Positions 21,969 through 30,465 of a stretch of DNA of 64,000 nucleotides are shown here, piece after piece. Location: NCBI GenBank assembly GCA_047602425.1, contig JASGHG010000001.1:2816001-2880000 (forward strand), given 5' to 3'. Below the pieces are notes generated by a model. That model had not been told where the DNA came from, did not search any database, and saw only the letters and a list, made by a program, of their open reading frames with translations. A program made the translations under genes and the position numbers. The DNA is from Nibricoccus sp. Its GTDB lineage: Bacteria > Verrucomicrobiota > Verrucomicrobiia > Opitutales > Opitutaceae. How positions within the stretch are numbered: the first letter of the stretch is position 1; each line of letters begins with the position of its first letter.

Positions 21969-22823
21969 TCAAACGCCGGAAAAGGAGGAAAAACCACCAT
22001 CAACCGGAATAACGACGCCGGTGACAAATGCAGAGGCATCGCTGAGGAGGAAGTGCAGCGTGCCGTGGAGGTCGGCGGCCTCGCCGAAGCGCCGGAAGGG
22101 CGTTTTGGCCATGACGGTCTGGCCGCGCGGGGTCGGAGTGTCGTCCTCGTTTAGGAGCAGGCGGCGGTTTTGGTCGGCAACGAAAAAGCCGGGGGCGACG
22201 GCGTTGACGCGCAGGCCCTGGCCGAACTTGTGGGCGAATTCCACCGCGAGCCAGCGGGTGAAGTTGTCGACGGCGGCCTTGGCGGCGGAGTAACCGACAA
22301 CGCGGGTGATGGCTTGCGTGGAGGCCATCGAGGAGAAGTTGACGATCACGCCTTTTTTCTGGGCAGCGAAGGTCTTGGCAAAAACCCACGAGGGAACGAC
22401 GGTGCCATCGAGATTGAGGCCGAGGACTTGACGGAAGGCGCCAAGATCGAGATCGATGAACGTCTTGTCGGGCGTGATGGTGGCGCCGGGTTGATTGCCG
22501 CCCGCGGCGTTGACGAGCGCGTCGATGCGACCGAAGCGGGCAAGGATTTGGTCGCGAATGCGCTCGAGCCCCACGGTTTCGAGCACGTCGCAGGATAGCG
22601 CGAGCGTTTCACCGGGAAGGTCTTTGGTGTCGGCGAGGGCGCGGTCGAGCTTGGCTTGATCGCGGCCGAGGAAGACGACGCGCGCGCCTTGGGCGGCAAG
22701 ATAGCGGGCGGCGGAGCCGGCGAGAACACCAGTGGCTCCGGTGACAACGATCACTCGTTGTGAAAGATCGAAGAGCGGGGAAGGGGCAACGCTGCCGTTG
22801 GAAATTGGTTTGGAAGGGCTCAT
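21969..22823 (-). CDS. uxuB: SDR oxidoreductase, probable D-mannonate oxidoreductase
   Basis: TGATGVL, NAAGGN, YSAAKAA, VNAVAPGFF, PVDGGFS; adjacent to uxuA. Confidence 0.8.
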   Translation of the reverse strand: MSPSKPISNGSVAPSPLFDLSQRVIVVTGATGVLAGSAARYLAAQGARVVFLGRDQAKLDRALADTKDLPGETLALSCDVLETVGLERIRDQILARFGRIDALVNAAGGNQPGATITPDKTFIDLDLGAFRQVLGLNLDGTVVPSWVFAKTFAAQKKGVIVNFSSMASTQAITRVVGYSAAKAAVDNFTRWLAVEFAHKFGQGLRVNAVAPGFFVADQNRRLLLNEDDTPTPRGQTVMAKTPFRRFGEAADLHGTLHFLLSDASAFVTGVVIPVDGGFSSFSGV

Positions 22824-22925
22824 GTCACGCTGAAGGTGTGAGCGGCGAAAGATGACGCGAACGGCTGTTTGTTCAAACTATTGAACGCGTTCGAAATTCA
22901 CCCCGTCAGACAATGCGCTATTCCG

Positions 22926-25820
22926 TTACGTTTTTCCTCCCAGACAGGCTTCGATGGCGGCGCCGAGATTTTTCGGAGTGAAGGGCTTTTGCAACTTCAC
23001 ATTGACGTTGAGGGCATCGAGCTCCCGGACTTCCTCTTCGGTGAGACGCCCGCTGGCGATCATGATGCGGCCAGGATAATTTGTAGAACGGACGCGCCGC
23101 GCGATTTCGAGGCCGCTGATCCCCGGCAGATCGAGGTCGAGCAGAAGGATATCGTGGCCTTGGTTGGCGGTGAGATGCTGCCAGGCATCGTTGCCATTGG
23201 CGAAATGAACAACCTGATGGCCCATGCGACGGAGCACCGCGATCACGGTACGGGCAACGAGGTCATCGTCCTCGGCGAGGAGGATGTTGGCGGTAGTTTT
23301 TTGAACAAGCGTGTCGATTGGCGGGCGGGTCGGCTGTGCGGAAGGACCACCCGGGTTGACGGGCAACCAGACGAAGAAGGCGCTGCCCTCGCCGGGCTTG
23401 GATTCGACGTTGATTTTGCCACCAAGACGGTTGACCAAGTGCCAGACCGTGGCCAGTCCAAGGCCAGTGCCCTTGCCGACCTCTTTGGTGGTGTAGAAAG
23501 GTTCGAAGATGCGTTCCTGTACTTCGGCGGGCATGCCCATGCCATTGTCACGAACCACCAGCCGTACCCAACGCAGCGGGGGGCGGACACCGAAAGGCGA
23601 ATGGGAGTCGGAGGGGCTGGTGTCGGGATTTTCAGCCGAGACGGTGATACAGGCCTCGTAGTCTGGAGAGCCGGGATGGGAAAGTTTTTCGACGAGGGTG
23701 TCGCGGGCGTTGAGCAGGAGATTGAGGATGATCTGGTGAAGTTCGGAGGGATTTAGGAAGAGCGGAGGCAGTCCTTCCGGGATATTCATTCGCAAGGTGA
23801 TGCGACGATCGATGGTGGGTTGAAGCAGATCGAAATTTGCGCGGACGATCTGGTTGAGCTGGATTTCCTCCCGGCGGCTTTCGGTGCGACGGCCGAGCGT
23901 GAGCAGGCGGCGGGTGAGGTCGGCGCCGCGTTTGGAGGCTTTGGCAATGGTCTGGATTTCCTCCAGCAGGCGCGGGTTCTTGGCCCATTCGCTGGCGAGC
24001 AGCTCAGTCTTGAGCATGATCGGGGTGAGGAGGTTGTTGAATTCGTGGGCGATGCCTCCGACCAACTCGCCGATGGCGCGCAGGCGGCGGCCCTGAGCGA
24101 TCTCTGTGTCGATTTCTTTTCGTTCGGTAATGTCATCGACGAGAAAACAGAGTTGTCGGAGGCTGCTTTCGTCGCCTCCGAGCGGGACGAGGGTGACGGC
24201 ATAGTGGCGTCGGGCGGCTTCGTAGTAATACTCGGTTTTGTAGATATCGGATTGTTCTATCCCTTGGCGCAGCCATCGCGTCCAGAACTCGATGACCTGG
24301 GGTGGCAGGGAAAGTTCGGCAAGAATGCGACCAGCGACCGAGCCGCTTTGAACGCCGAGGATGCGCGCGGTGCCGGGATTGGCGGAAATAAACCGGAAGG
24401 ATGCTCCTGCTTCCTCGACGACGCCCATGGCGGTGGGGACGTTGTCGTAGAGGGCGCGCAGGAGTTGTTCGCGGGCACGGAGTCCTTCCTCGGCAGTTTT
24501 TTGCCGGGTGATATCCTGAACGGTTCCAAAAAGACTGACGATCTGGCCGCTGGCGTTGCGGGTTGGCCGGGCGGTGGCGTGAAGAATGCGGACATTGGCC
24601 GGACCGATGCGTAGGGGAATGGTGACGTCGCAGGCGATGCCGTCCTGGAGCGAATTGCGGATGGCGCGATGCACGAGCGAGCGTTCGGCGCGGGGCATCA
24701 TCATGAGCAGCCGGAAATAGGACGGTGGCGGCCGGTTCGGGTTGCGGCCCAGGATGCGAAGCGTCTCGGTGGAACATTCGAGCACGCGGGTTTTGAGCTC
24801 GTAACGCCAGTTGCCCAAGTTGGCGATGTGCTGGGCTTCGGCGAGGATGGCTTCATTTTCCGCGATCTGGCGCGACTGGCGTGCAAGGCGTTTGCGGAGC
24901 GCGCGCTGGCGGAGCAGGGCGAAAACAGTGACGACAAGGGCGAGGGCCAGGGCGGAAGCGACATAGGAGACGACCCGCTCGCGAGTAATGAGCGGGGCCT
25001 CAAAGCGACCGAACCATTTGCGGTAGATAGTGTCGTATTCCCCCGTGCGGCTGAGAATGGCTAGGCCCTCATTGAGTCGGGCGAGGAGGATGGCGTCGCC
25101 TTTGCGCACGGCGTAGCAATACCTGATGTTGTACCCGACGAGAGGCTGGCCGAGGGGGCGGATGTTTTGAAGATTATCGCGCTCGATGAAAGACAAGGCA
25201 GTGAGACGCGCAGCGAACGCCGCGTCGTGAAGCCCGGCGTTGAGTTCGGTCAGCGACTCTTCGACAGAGTGGGTGTGCACGAGATGCGCACTGATGCCGT
25301 TGTCGCGCAAAAATTGTTCACCAATGCTGCCGTAGCCGGGAATGGCGACCTCGGCGTTGTGAAGGTCGAAGGGGGTTTGAAAGCGGGTGTCGTTGCTGCG
25401 AACTAGGTAGCTACCCTGGAGCTCCATGTAGTGGACGGAAAAATCGGCAAATTTTTCGCGACCGGGGCCGGGGCTGAGAGACTGGAGCATGTCAACTTCG
25501 CCATTTTGCAGCATTTCAGCGAGCCGACTAGAGGGAGCCTGCACGCGTTTGATGCGGATACTCATGACGCGGGCGGTGGCTTCAAGCAGGTCGACGGCGA
25601 AGCCTTCACAATGACGCCCATCGGTTTGGTAGGAAAACGGATAGCTGTCGGTGGGCGTGCCAACGGTGATGGCTTTTTCGAAGCGCTGGGGATTGTTAAA
25701 GTCCGAGTCGTCCGACCGGCTCGTGGTCGCACAAAACAAGACAACGCCGATCACCGCACATAAAAATCGCCAGCGGAATGAAGGGGAGAAAGCTGGAATG
25801 GAGTTAGAGTGAAAGCGCAT
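22926..25820 (-). CDS. Hybrid sensor histidine kinase (periplasmic SBP domain, TM, PAS domains, HisKA/HATPase, REC)
   Basis: YPFSY...GFAVDL SBP; GIAHEFNNLL; NLLLNARD; DNGMGM; FYTTKEVGKGTGLGL; C-terminal ILLAEDD...LLDL receiver. Confidence 0.92.
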   Translation of the reverse strand: MRFHSNSIPAFSPSFRWRFLCAVIGVVLFCATTSRSDDSDFNNPQRFEKAITVGTPTDSYPFSYQTDGRHCEGFAVDLLEATARVMSIRIKRVQAPSSRLAEMLQNGEVDMLQSLSPGPGREKFADFSVHYMELQGSYLVRSNDTRFQTPFDLHNAEVAIPGYGSIGEQFLRDNGISAHLVHTHSVEESLTELNAGLHDAAFAARLTALSFIERDNLQNIRPLGQPLVGYNIRYCYAVRKGDAILLARLNEGLAILSRTGEYDTIYRKWFGRFEAPLITRERVVSYVASALALALVVTVFALLRQRALRKRLARQSRQIAENEAILAEAQHIANLGNWRYELKTRVLECSTETLRILGRNPNRPPPSYFRLLMMMPRAERSLVHRAIRNSLQDGIACDVTIPLRIGPANVRILHATARPTRNASGQIVSLFGTVQDITRQKTAEEGLRAREQLLRALYDNVPTAMGVVEEAGASFRFISANPGTARILGVQSGSVAGRILAELSLPPQVIEFWTRWLRQGIEQSDIYKTEYYYEAARRHYAVTLVPLGGDESSLRQLCFLVDDITERKEIDTEIAQGRRLRAIGELVGGIAHEFNNLLTPIMLKTELLASEWAKNPRLLEEIQTIAKASKRGADLTRRLLTLGRRTESRREEIQLNQIVRANFDLLQPTIDRRITLRMNIPEGLPPLFLNPSELHQIILNLLLNARDTLVEKLSHPGSPDYEACITVSAENPDTSPSDSHSPFGVRPPLRWVRLVVRDNGMGMPAEVQERIFEPFYTTKEVGKGTGLGLATVWHLVNRLGGKINVESKPGEGSAFFVWLPVNPGGPSAQPTRPPIDTLVQKTTANILLAEDDDLVARTVIAVLRRMGHQVVHFANGNDAWQHLTANQGHDILLLDLDLPGISGLEIARRVRSTNYPGRIMIASGRLTEEEVRELDALNVNVKLQKPFTPKNLGAAIEACLGGKT

Positions 25821-25915
25821 GCTTTAATTGCCCGCTTGTCTGCGCACGAAGGATGTCAGGTGTAGATTGTGGTGCAATCTTCTTCCCCATCCCATCTCTG
25901 ATCAAAGCCCTCCCC

Positions 25916-26923
25916 ATGAAAACACCTCCAATTCCTACCCAACCCATCTCTCTCAATCGTCGCAACTTCCTATACCGTTCGGCCGGGCTGATGGCGGCGG
26001 GCTGGCTGGCTGGCAACCGTTTGCTGGCGCAAACGCCGGCCACTCCAGCTCCGACGGAGACGCCGAAAACCGATCCGCGTCCGCCTGCGCCGCCAGTGAC
26101 GCCGGAGTTTCATCCGCTGCGGCGTAACGTCGGTTATTTCACCGCGCGGGGCGGCACAATCGGCTGGCTGGCCTCGCCCGAGGCGCTGGCGGTGGTCGAC
26201 ACGCAATTTGCGGACACGGCGGCGCTTTGTCTGGCCGGTCTGCCGGGCCGCGCGGACCGAACCATCGATGTGGTTATAAACACGCATCATCACGGCGATC
26301 ACACGAGCGGCAACGGTGTCTTCAAGCCCGTGGCTAAAACCATCGTTGCGCAGGCCAATGTGCCCGGACTTCAGCGCGCGGCGGCAGAACGTGCCAAACC
26401 GCCGACCACCGACAAACAGGTTTATGCCGACACGACATTTGCCGAAGCCTGGCGGAAGGAACTCGGGGACGAAGTGGTGAGCGCGCGCTATTTCGGGCCG
26501 GCGCACACCAACGGCGATACGGTCATCCTTTTCGAGAAAGCCAACGTGGTGCACATGGGCGATTTGATGTTCAACCGCATTTATCCGGTGATCGATCGTG
26601 TGAGCGGCGCGAGCATTCGGAACTGGATCGTGATTCTGGAAAAAGTGGCCAAGGAATATCCGGCCGACGCCATCTACATTTTTGGACACGCGGGTGGAAA
26701 ATTCGGAGTGTCCGGCCAGCGCCCGGAACTCCTGGTTCTGCGGGATTATTTCACCGCCCTCCTGGAGCACGTGCAGACGCAAATTTCCGCGGGCAAGACA
26801 AAGGCTGAGGTTTCGACGTTGGAAAATTTCCCGGGCTTTCCGGATTTCCACCAAAAGCTACCCAACCGCCTCGGCGGAAATCTGGGCGTCGCTTACGACG
26901 AACTCACGCAGGCGAAAACCTGA
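25916..26923 (+). CDS. Tat-exported MBL-fold metallo-hydrolase (cyclase/glyoxalase II-like)
   Basis: NRRNFL twin-arginine signal; NTHHHGDHTSGN, AHTNGD, HMGD. Confidence 0.88.
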   Translation: MKTPPIPTQPISLNRRNFLYRSAGLMAAGWLAGNRLLAQTPATPAPTETPKTDPRPPAPPVTPEFHPLRRNVGYFTARGGTIGWLASPEALAVVDTQFADTAALCLAGLPGRADRTIDVVINTHHHGDHTSGNGVFKPVAKTIVAQANVPGLQRAAAERAKPPTTDKQVYADTTFAEAWRKELGDEVVSARYFGPAHTNGDTVILFEKANVVHMGDLMFNRIYPVIDRVSGASIRNWIVILEKVAKEYPADAIYIFGHAGGKFGVSGQRPELLVLRDYFTALLEHVQTQISAGKTKAEVSTLENFPGFPDFHQKLPNRLGGNLGVAYDELTQAKT

Positions 26924-27014
26924 CGTGTGTCCTCGCTGTAGTTAATTTGCCGATACGGCGAGTCGTTTCGCGCTGCTTTCGTCGTGGCGAAAGCAGTACG
27001 GGAAACGTTGTGGC

Positions 27015-27184
27015 TAGAGCATTTTTAAAAATGCCATAGCCGCACAACTCCGGCTGTAGGGGCGCAGTCTTGCTGCGTCTGGTTTGGCTTCGCTACAGAA
27101 AGGGCGCAGCAAGACTGCGCCCCTACGAAGACAGCTCGATTCATAGCACCGATTTGCGACTACAGTTTTATTATCTGTGCTCTA
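27015..27184. mobile_element. Candidate MITE enclosing a REPIN
   Basis: Termini TAGAGCA...TGCTCTA with further imperfect inverted similarity (TAGCCGCA / TGCGACTA). Confidence 0.45.
27056..27126. repeat. REPIN-like inverted REP pair
   Basis: GTAGGGGCGCAGTCTTGCTGCG and its exact 22-nt reverse complement CGCAGCAAGACTGCGCCCCTAC. Confidence 0.8.
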
Positions 27185-27256
27185 ACTCGTCGGTTGGGCA
27201 ACCGACGGGGCGCACAGCCCCATTGCACGTTTCGCCCCTCGCTCTTCTGCTTGGCC

Positions 27257-28513
27257 TTAGTGCAGCTTGATCGAATTGCTGAGGCTGAAGACGGCGCTGA
27301 CGACGGCGAAGGCGATGAAGCCGACGAAGGCAAACACGCTCAGCAAAATCGTGTTGGTAACGACGCTGGTGTACGTGTTCACGAGCGCAGCGATCGACTT
27401 CTGGTAGCTCGTGGAAATTTTTTTCAAACTGGGGACGAGATTGCCGGTATTTTCGCCGACGGCGAGTTGGTCCAGCACAATGGGCGGCAACCAGCCGGTA
27501 CGTTGAAGTGCGCGTGAGAGTCCTTCACCTTCCATCACACGTTCGGTCGCTTCCTTGAAGGATTTGCGGTGAACGGTGTTGGATATTTGACGCTCGGTCA
27601 TACGGAGCGCCTCGACGGTCGTGATGCCGTTTTCGAGGAGAACCGAGAGGGTCTGGCTGAACGAGAGCACCGTTTGGCTGAGGAGGAACGGCCCGATGAA
27701 GGGCAGGCGCAGCAGCATGGCGTCGGTTTTTTCGCGTCCGGCCTTGGTCGCGCGCCAGCGCCAGAAGGAGACGCTGCCGAAGACGGCCGCGCCAATCAGG
27801 ATCAGGCCGTAGTGCATGGCGAACCCGGAGAAACCGACAAGAATCTGGGTGGAGAGAGGAAGCTTGCCGCCCAATGATTGCAGCAACGCTTCCAATCGCG
27901 GCATCAGGAACGTGATGATGAAGATGATCACGCCGGCGGAAACGAAAAGCATGAAGACCGGGTAGGACATCGCATTGATCATCTGCCGGCGCAGTTCCTT
28001 CTGCTCGGTCAAATGCGAAATCAGGCGATTGAGGACGTCGTTGATGTTGCCGGTGGCTTCGCCCGACTGGATCAAGTTGATGCCCGACGCGTCGAAGACG
28101 GCTGGGAAATCCGTCATGGCCTGCGAGAGCGAGGCGCCCTCGCTGAGCCGGTCCCAAAGACCGGCGCAGAGCGCGCGCAACATCGGATCTTGAAGACGCA
28201 AGGCGAGGAGCCGCACGGATTCGCCAGCGGAGAGTCCGCTGGAAGTGAGATCATACAGCGATTGGAAAAACGGCAGGCGCTCACGGCGCGACAGCTGGGA
28301 GACGAGGTTTTTCTTGCGCGCTTTGCGTTCCGCCGCCGAGGCCTTGGCGCCGCTGCCGGCAGCGGGACGACCGCCGGAACGTTCATCAATTTGCGTTGGC
28401 TGAAGACCGCGCGCAGAAAGAATGCGAAGCACGTCTTTGCGGCTGGGCGCCTCGAGGGTGCCATGGGTGCTTTTGCCTGCGCGATCGCGGGCGTTATAGG
28501 CAAAGGTCGGCAT
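27257..28513 (-). CDS. gspF: Type II secretion system F family protein
   Basis: MPTFAY, SGEATG, NAMSYP, LLENG, VGENTG; downstream of gspE. Confidence 0.85.
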   Translation of the reverse strand: MPTFAYNARDRAGKSTHGTLEAPSRKDVLRILSARGLQPTQIDERSGGRPAAGSGAKASAAERKARKKNLVSQLSRRERLPFFQSLYDLTSSGLSAGESVRLLALRLQDPMLRALCAGLWDRLSEGASLSQAMTDFPAVFDASGINLIQSGEATGNINDVLNRLISHLTEQKELRRQMINAMSYPVFMLFVSAGVIIFIITFLMPRLEALLQSLGGKLPLSTQILVGFSGFAMHYGLILIGAAVFGSVSFWRWRATKAGREKTDAMLLRLPFIGPFLLSQTVLSFSQTLSVLLENGITTVEALRMTERQISNTVHRKSFKEATERVMEGEGLSRALQRTGWLPPIVLDQLAVGENTGNLVPSLKKISTSYQKSIAALVNTYTSVVTNTILLSVFAFVGFIAFAVVSAVFSLSNSIKLH

Positions 28514-28517
28514 GATT

Positions 28518-28664
28518 CAGAAGCCAGAGGCCAGCGGCCGGAAACCAGAGGACGGAAGCCAGATGCCGGAGGCCGGACGACGAAGGTCCGAGGTCGAAAG
28601 TTGGGAGGGAAAGCTATTCATGCTGCTGTTGTCTGGGTTCCGGCTTCTGGCCTCTGGCTTCTGG
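28518..28664. repeat. Degenerate heptamer tandem repeats in two inverted blocks
   Basis: CAGAAGC CAGAGGC CAGCGGC CGGAAAC... (about 12 units), then TTCCGGC TTCTGGC CTCTGGC TTCTGG. Confidence 0.75.
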
Positions 28665-30410
28665 TTACTTCTCGGCGACGGTGATGACGCGCAGGACTTC
28701 GTCGAGGGTCGTGTGGCCGTTACGGACTTTTTCCCAACCGGACTGGCCGAGAGTGCGCATGCCATTGCGACGGGCGCATTCGTCGAGCGTGCGCGTGCTT
28801 TCGCGCTTCAGCACGAGTTCGTGAATTTCGTCGTTGAGACGGAAAATTTCAAAAAGGCCGATGCGTCCGCGGTAGCCGGTGCTGCGGCAACGGTCGCAGC
28901 CGACGGGGGCGTTGAGCGCCTCGACAAGATCGGCCTCGGCCTGAGTGACGCCGAGGATGGCGAGATTTTCGCGGAGCTTGATCTTGTTGACCGGCGCAGG
29001 ACGCGTGCAATCGGGACAAAGACGCCGAACCAGGCGTTGCGCAATAACCAGCTCGATGGCCGAGGCGACAAGGAAAGGCTCGATGCCCATGTCGACGAGG
29101 CGGGTGATGGCGCCGGGCGCGTCGTTGGTGTGAAGCGTGGAAAAAACCAAGTGGCCGGTGAGCGAGGCGCGGATGGCGATCTCGGCGGTGTCGCGGTCGC
29201 GGATTTCGCCGACCATGATGACGTCGGGGTCCTGGCGAAGCACGTGGCGGAGTGCGTCGGCGAAAGTGAGGCCGATTTCGGGGCGGACCTGCATTTGATT
29301 GACGCCGGGGACCTCGTACTCGATGGGGTCCTCGATGGTGATGATGCGCAGGTCGGTGGAGTTGATCTTGCGCAGGAAGGCATTGAGCGAAGTGGATTTA
29401 CCCGAACCAGTCGGTCCCGTCACGAGGATGATGCCGTGCGGATAATCGAGGATCTGGTTGATCTGGCCCTGCTCGTCGGGACTCATGCCGAGCTTGTCCA
29501 TCGAGTAGGCCTCTTTCTTTTTGTTGAGAAGGCGGAGGGAAACGCTCTCGGCGTAAATCGTGGGAATGGTCGAAACGCGGATGTCGAGCGAGGTGCCGCC
29601 CGCCTTGAAATTGATGCGTCCGTCCTGCGGCAGACGTTTTTCGGAAATGTTGAGTTTCGCCATGATCTTCACGCGCGAAATGATGGCGTCCTGGAAGCGG
29701 AGAAGATTTTCCGGCACGGGCACGGAAACGAGCAGACCGTCGACGCGATAGCGGATGCGGAGCTGGCCTTCTTGCGGTTCGAAATGGATGTCGGTGGCCT
29801 CGTCGGCGACGGCTTGCGAAATGACTTCGGTGACGAACCGCACGACAGCGGCCTCCTCGTCGACTTCGCCTTCATTTTGGTGAATGGCTTCGGGCGCCAC
29901 GTAACCGTCATCGGTGCCTTCGAGGCTGCCGGAACCGACACCGAAGTGCTGCATGATCAGCTGGTGAATTTTTTCCGGCACCCCGAGGTGCCAGACGAGC
30001 GGGCGCGGCGTGAAAGTGCGCACCCAATCGATCACGGTAGCGTCGGCGGGCCAGGCGGCGGCGAGGTGCAGCGGTGTGGTGGGGAGGATGGCGGGCTCCT
30101 CGGCGTTGGGCGGGGGAGGTGGTTCGTTTTCCGCGCGGTACTTGATGGGAACGATCTGGTAATCGTGAACCAGGCGGGCGGGGAAAAGGCTCAATGACGC
30201 TTTGTCCGCCTCCAGGTTGGTGGCGATGCCGAGGCCGCAGGCTTCACTAAGGAAGACGAGGGCATCGGGCTCGCTCAGACCGAGGTGAGGGGCAATGGTT
30301 TTCAGTCGCTGGCCGCGCGTGGCCTCCAACACGATGAGAATTTGTTCATCGGTGAGACGGTCGGCCAAGGGGCCGGGCAGCAGAGTGGCAGGAGAGGGGG
30401 CGGCGGGCAT
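28665..30410 (-). CDS. gspE: GspE/PulE/PilB family assembly ATPase
   Basis: TDIHFEP, RLPQDGR, GPTGSGKS, TIEDPIE, LRQDPDVIMVGEIRD, two CxxC motifs. Confidence 0.92.
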   Translation of the reverse strand: MPAAPSPATLLPGPLADRLTDEQILIVLEATRGQRLKTIAPHLGLSEPDALVFLSEACGLGIATNLEADKASLSLFPARLVHDYQIVPIKYRAENEPPPPPNAEEPAILPTTPLHLAAAWPADATVIDWVRTFTPRPLVWHLGVPEKIHQLIMQHFGVGSGSLEGTDDGYVAPEAIHQNEGEVDEEAAVVRFVTEVISQAVADEATDIHFEPQEGQLRIRYRVDGLLVSVPVPENLLRFQDAIISRVKIMAKLNISEKRLPQDGRINFKAGGTSLDIRVSTIPTIYAESVSLRLLNKKKEAYSMDKLGMSPDEQGQINQILDYPHGIILVTGPTGSGKSTSLNAFLRKINSTDLRIITIEDPIEYEVPGVNQMQVRPEIGLTFADALRHVLRQDPDVIMVGEIRDRDTAEIAIRASLTGHLVFSTLHTNDAPGAITRLVDMGIEPFLVASAIELVIAQRLVRRLCPDCTRPAPVNKIKLRENLAILGVTQAEADLVEALNAPVGCDRCRSTGYRGRIGLFEIFRLNDEIHELVLKRESTRTLDECARRNGMRTLGQSGWEKVRNGHTTLDEVLRVITVAEK

Positions 30411-30465
30411 CGCGGTGGGCTCGGATTAGGCCTGACGGTTGGTTTTGGACGACAGGGCGCGCAGC

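Noticed and set aside
28518..28664. CRISPR array
   Set aside because: Short degenerate tandem units without unique spacers; no cas genes; no CRISPR-like array seen anywhere in the window
28512..30197. 561-aa plus-strand ORF starting in the heptamer repeats
   Set aside because: Antisense shadow of gspE; its N-terminus is translated repeat
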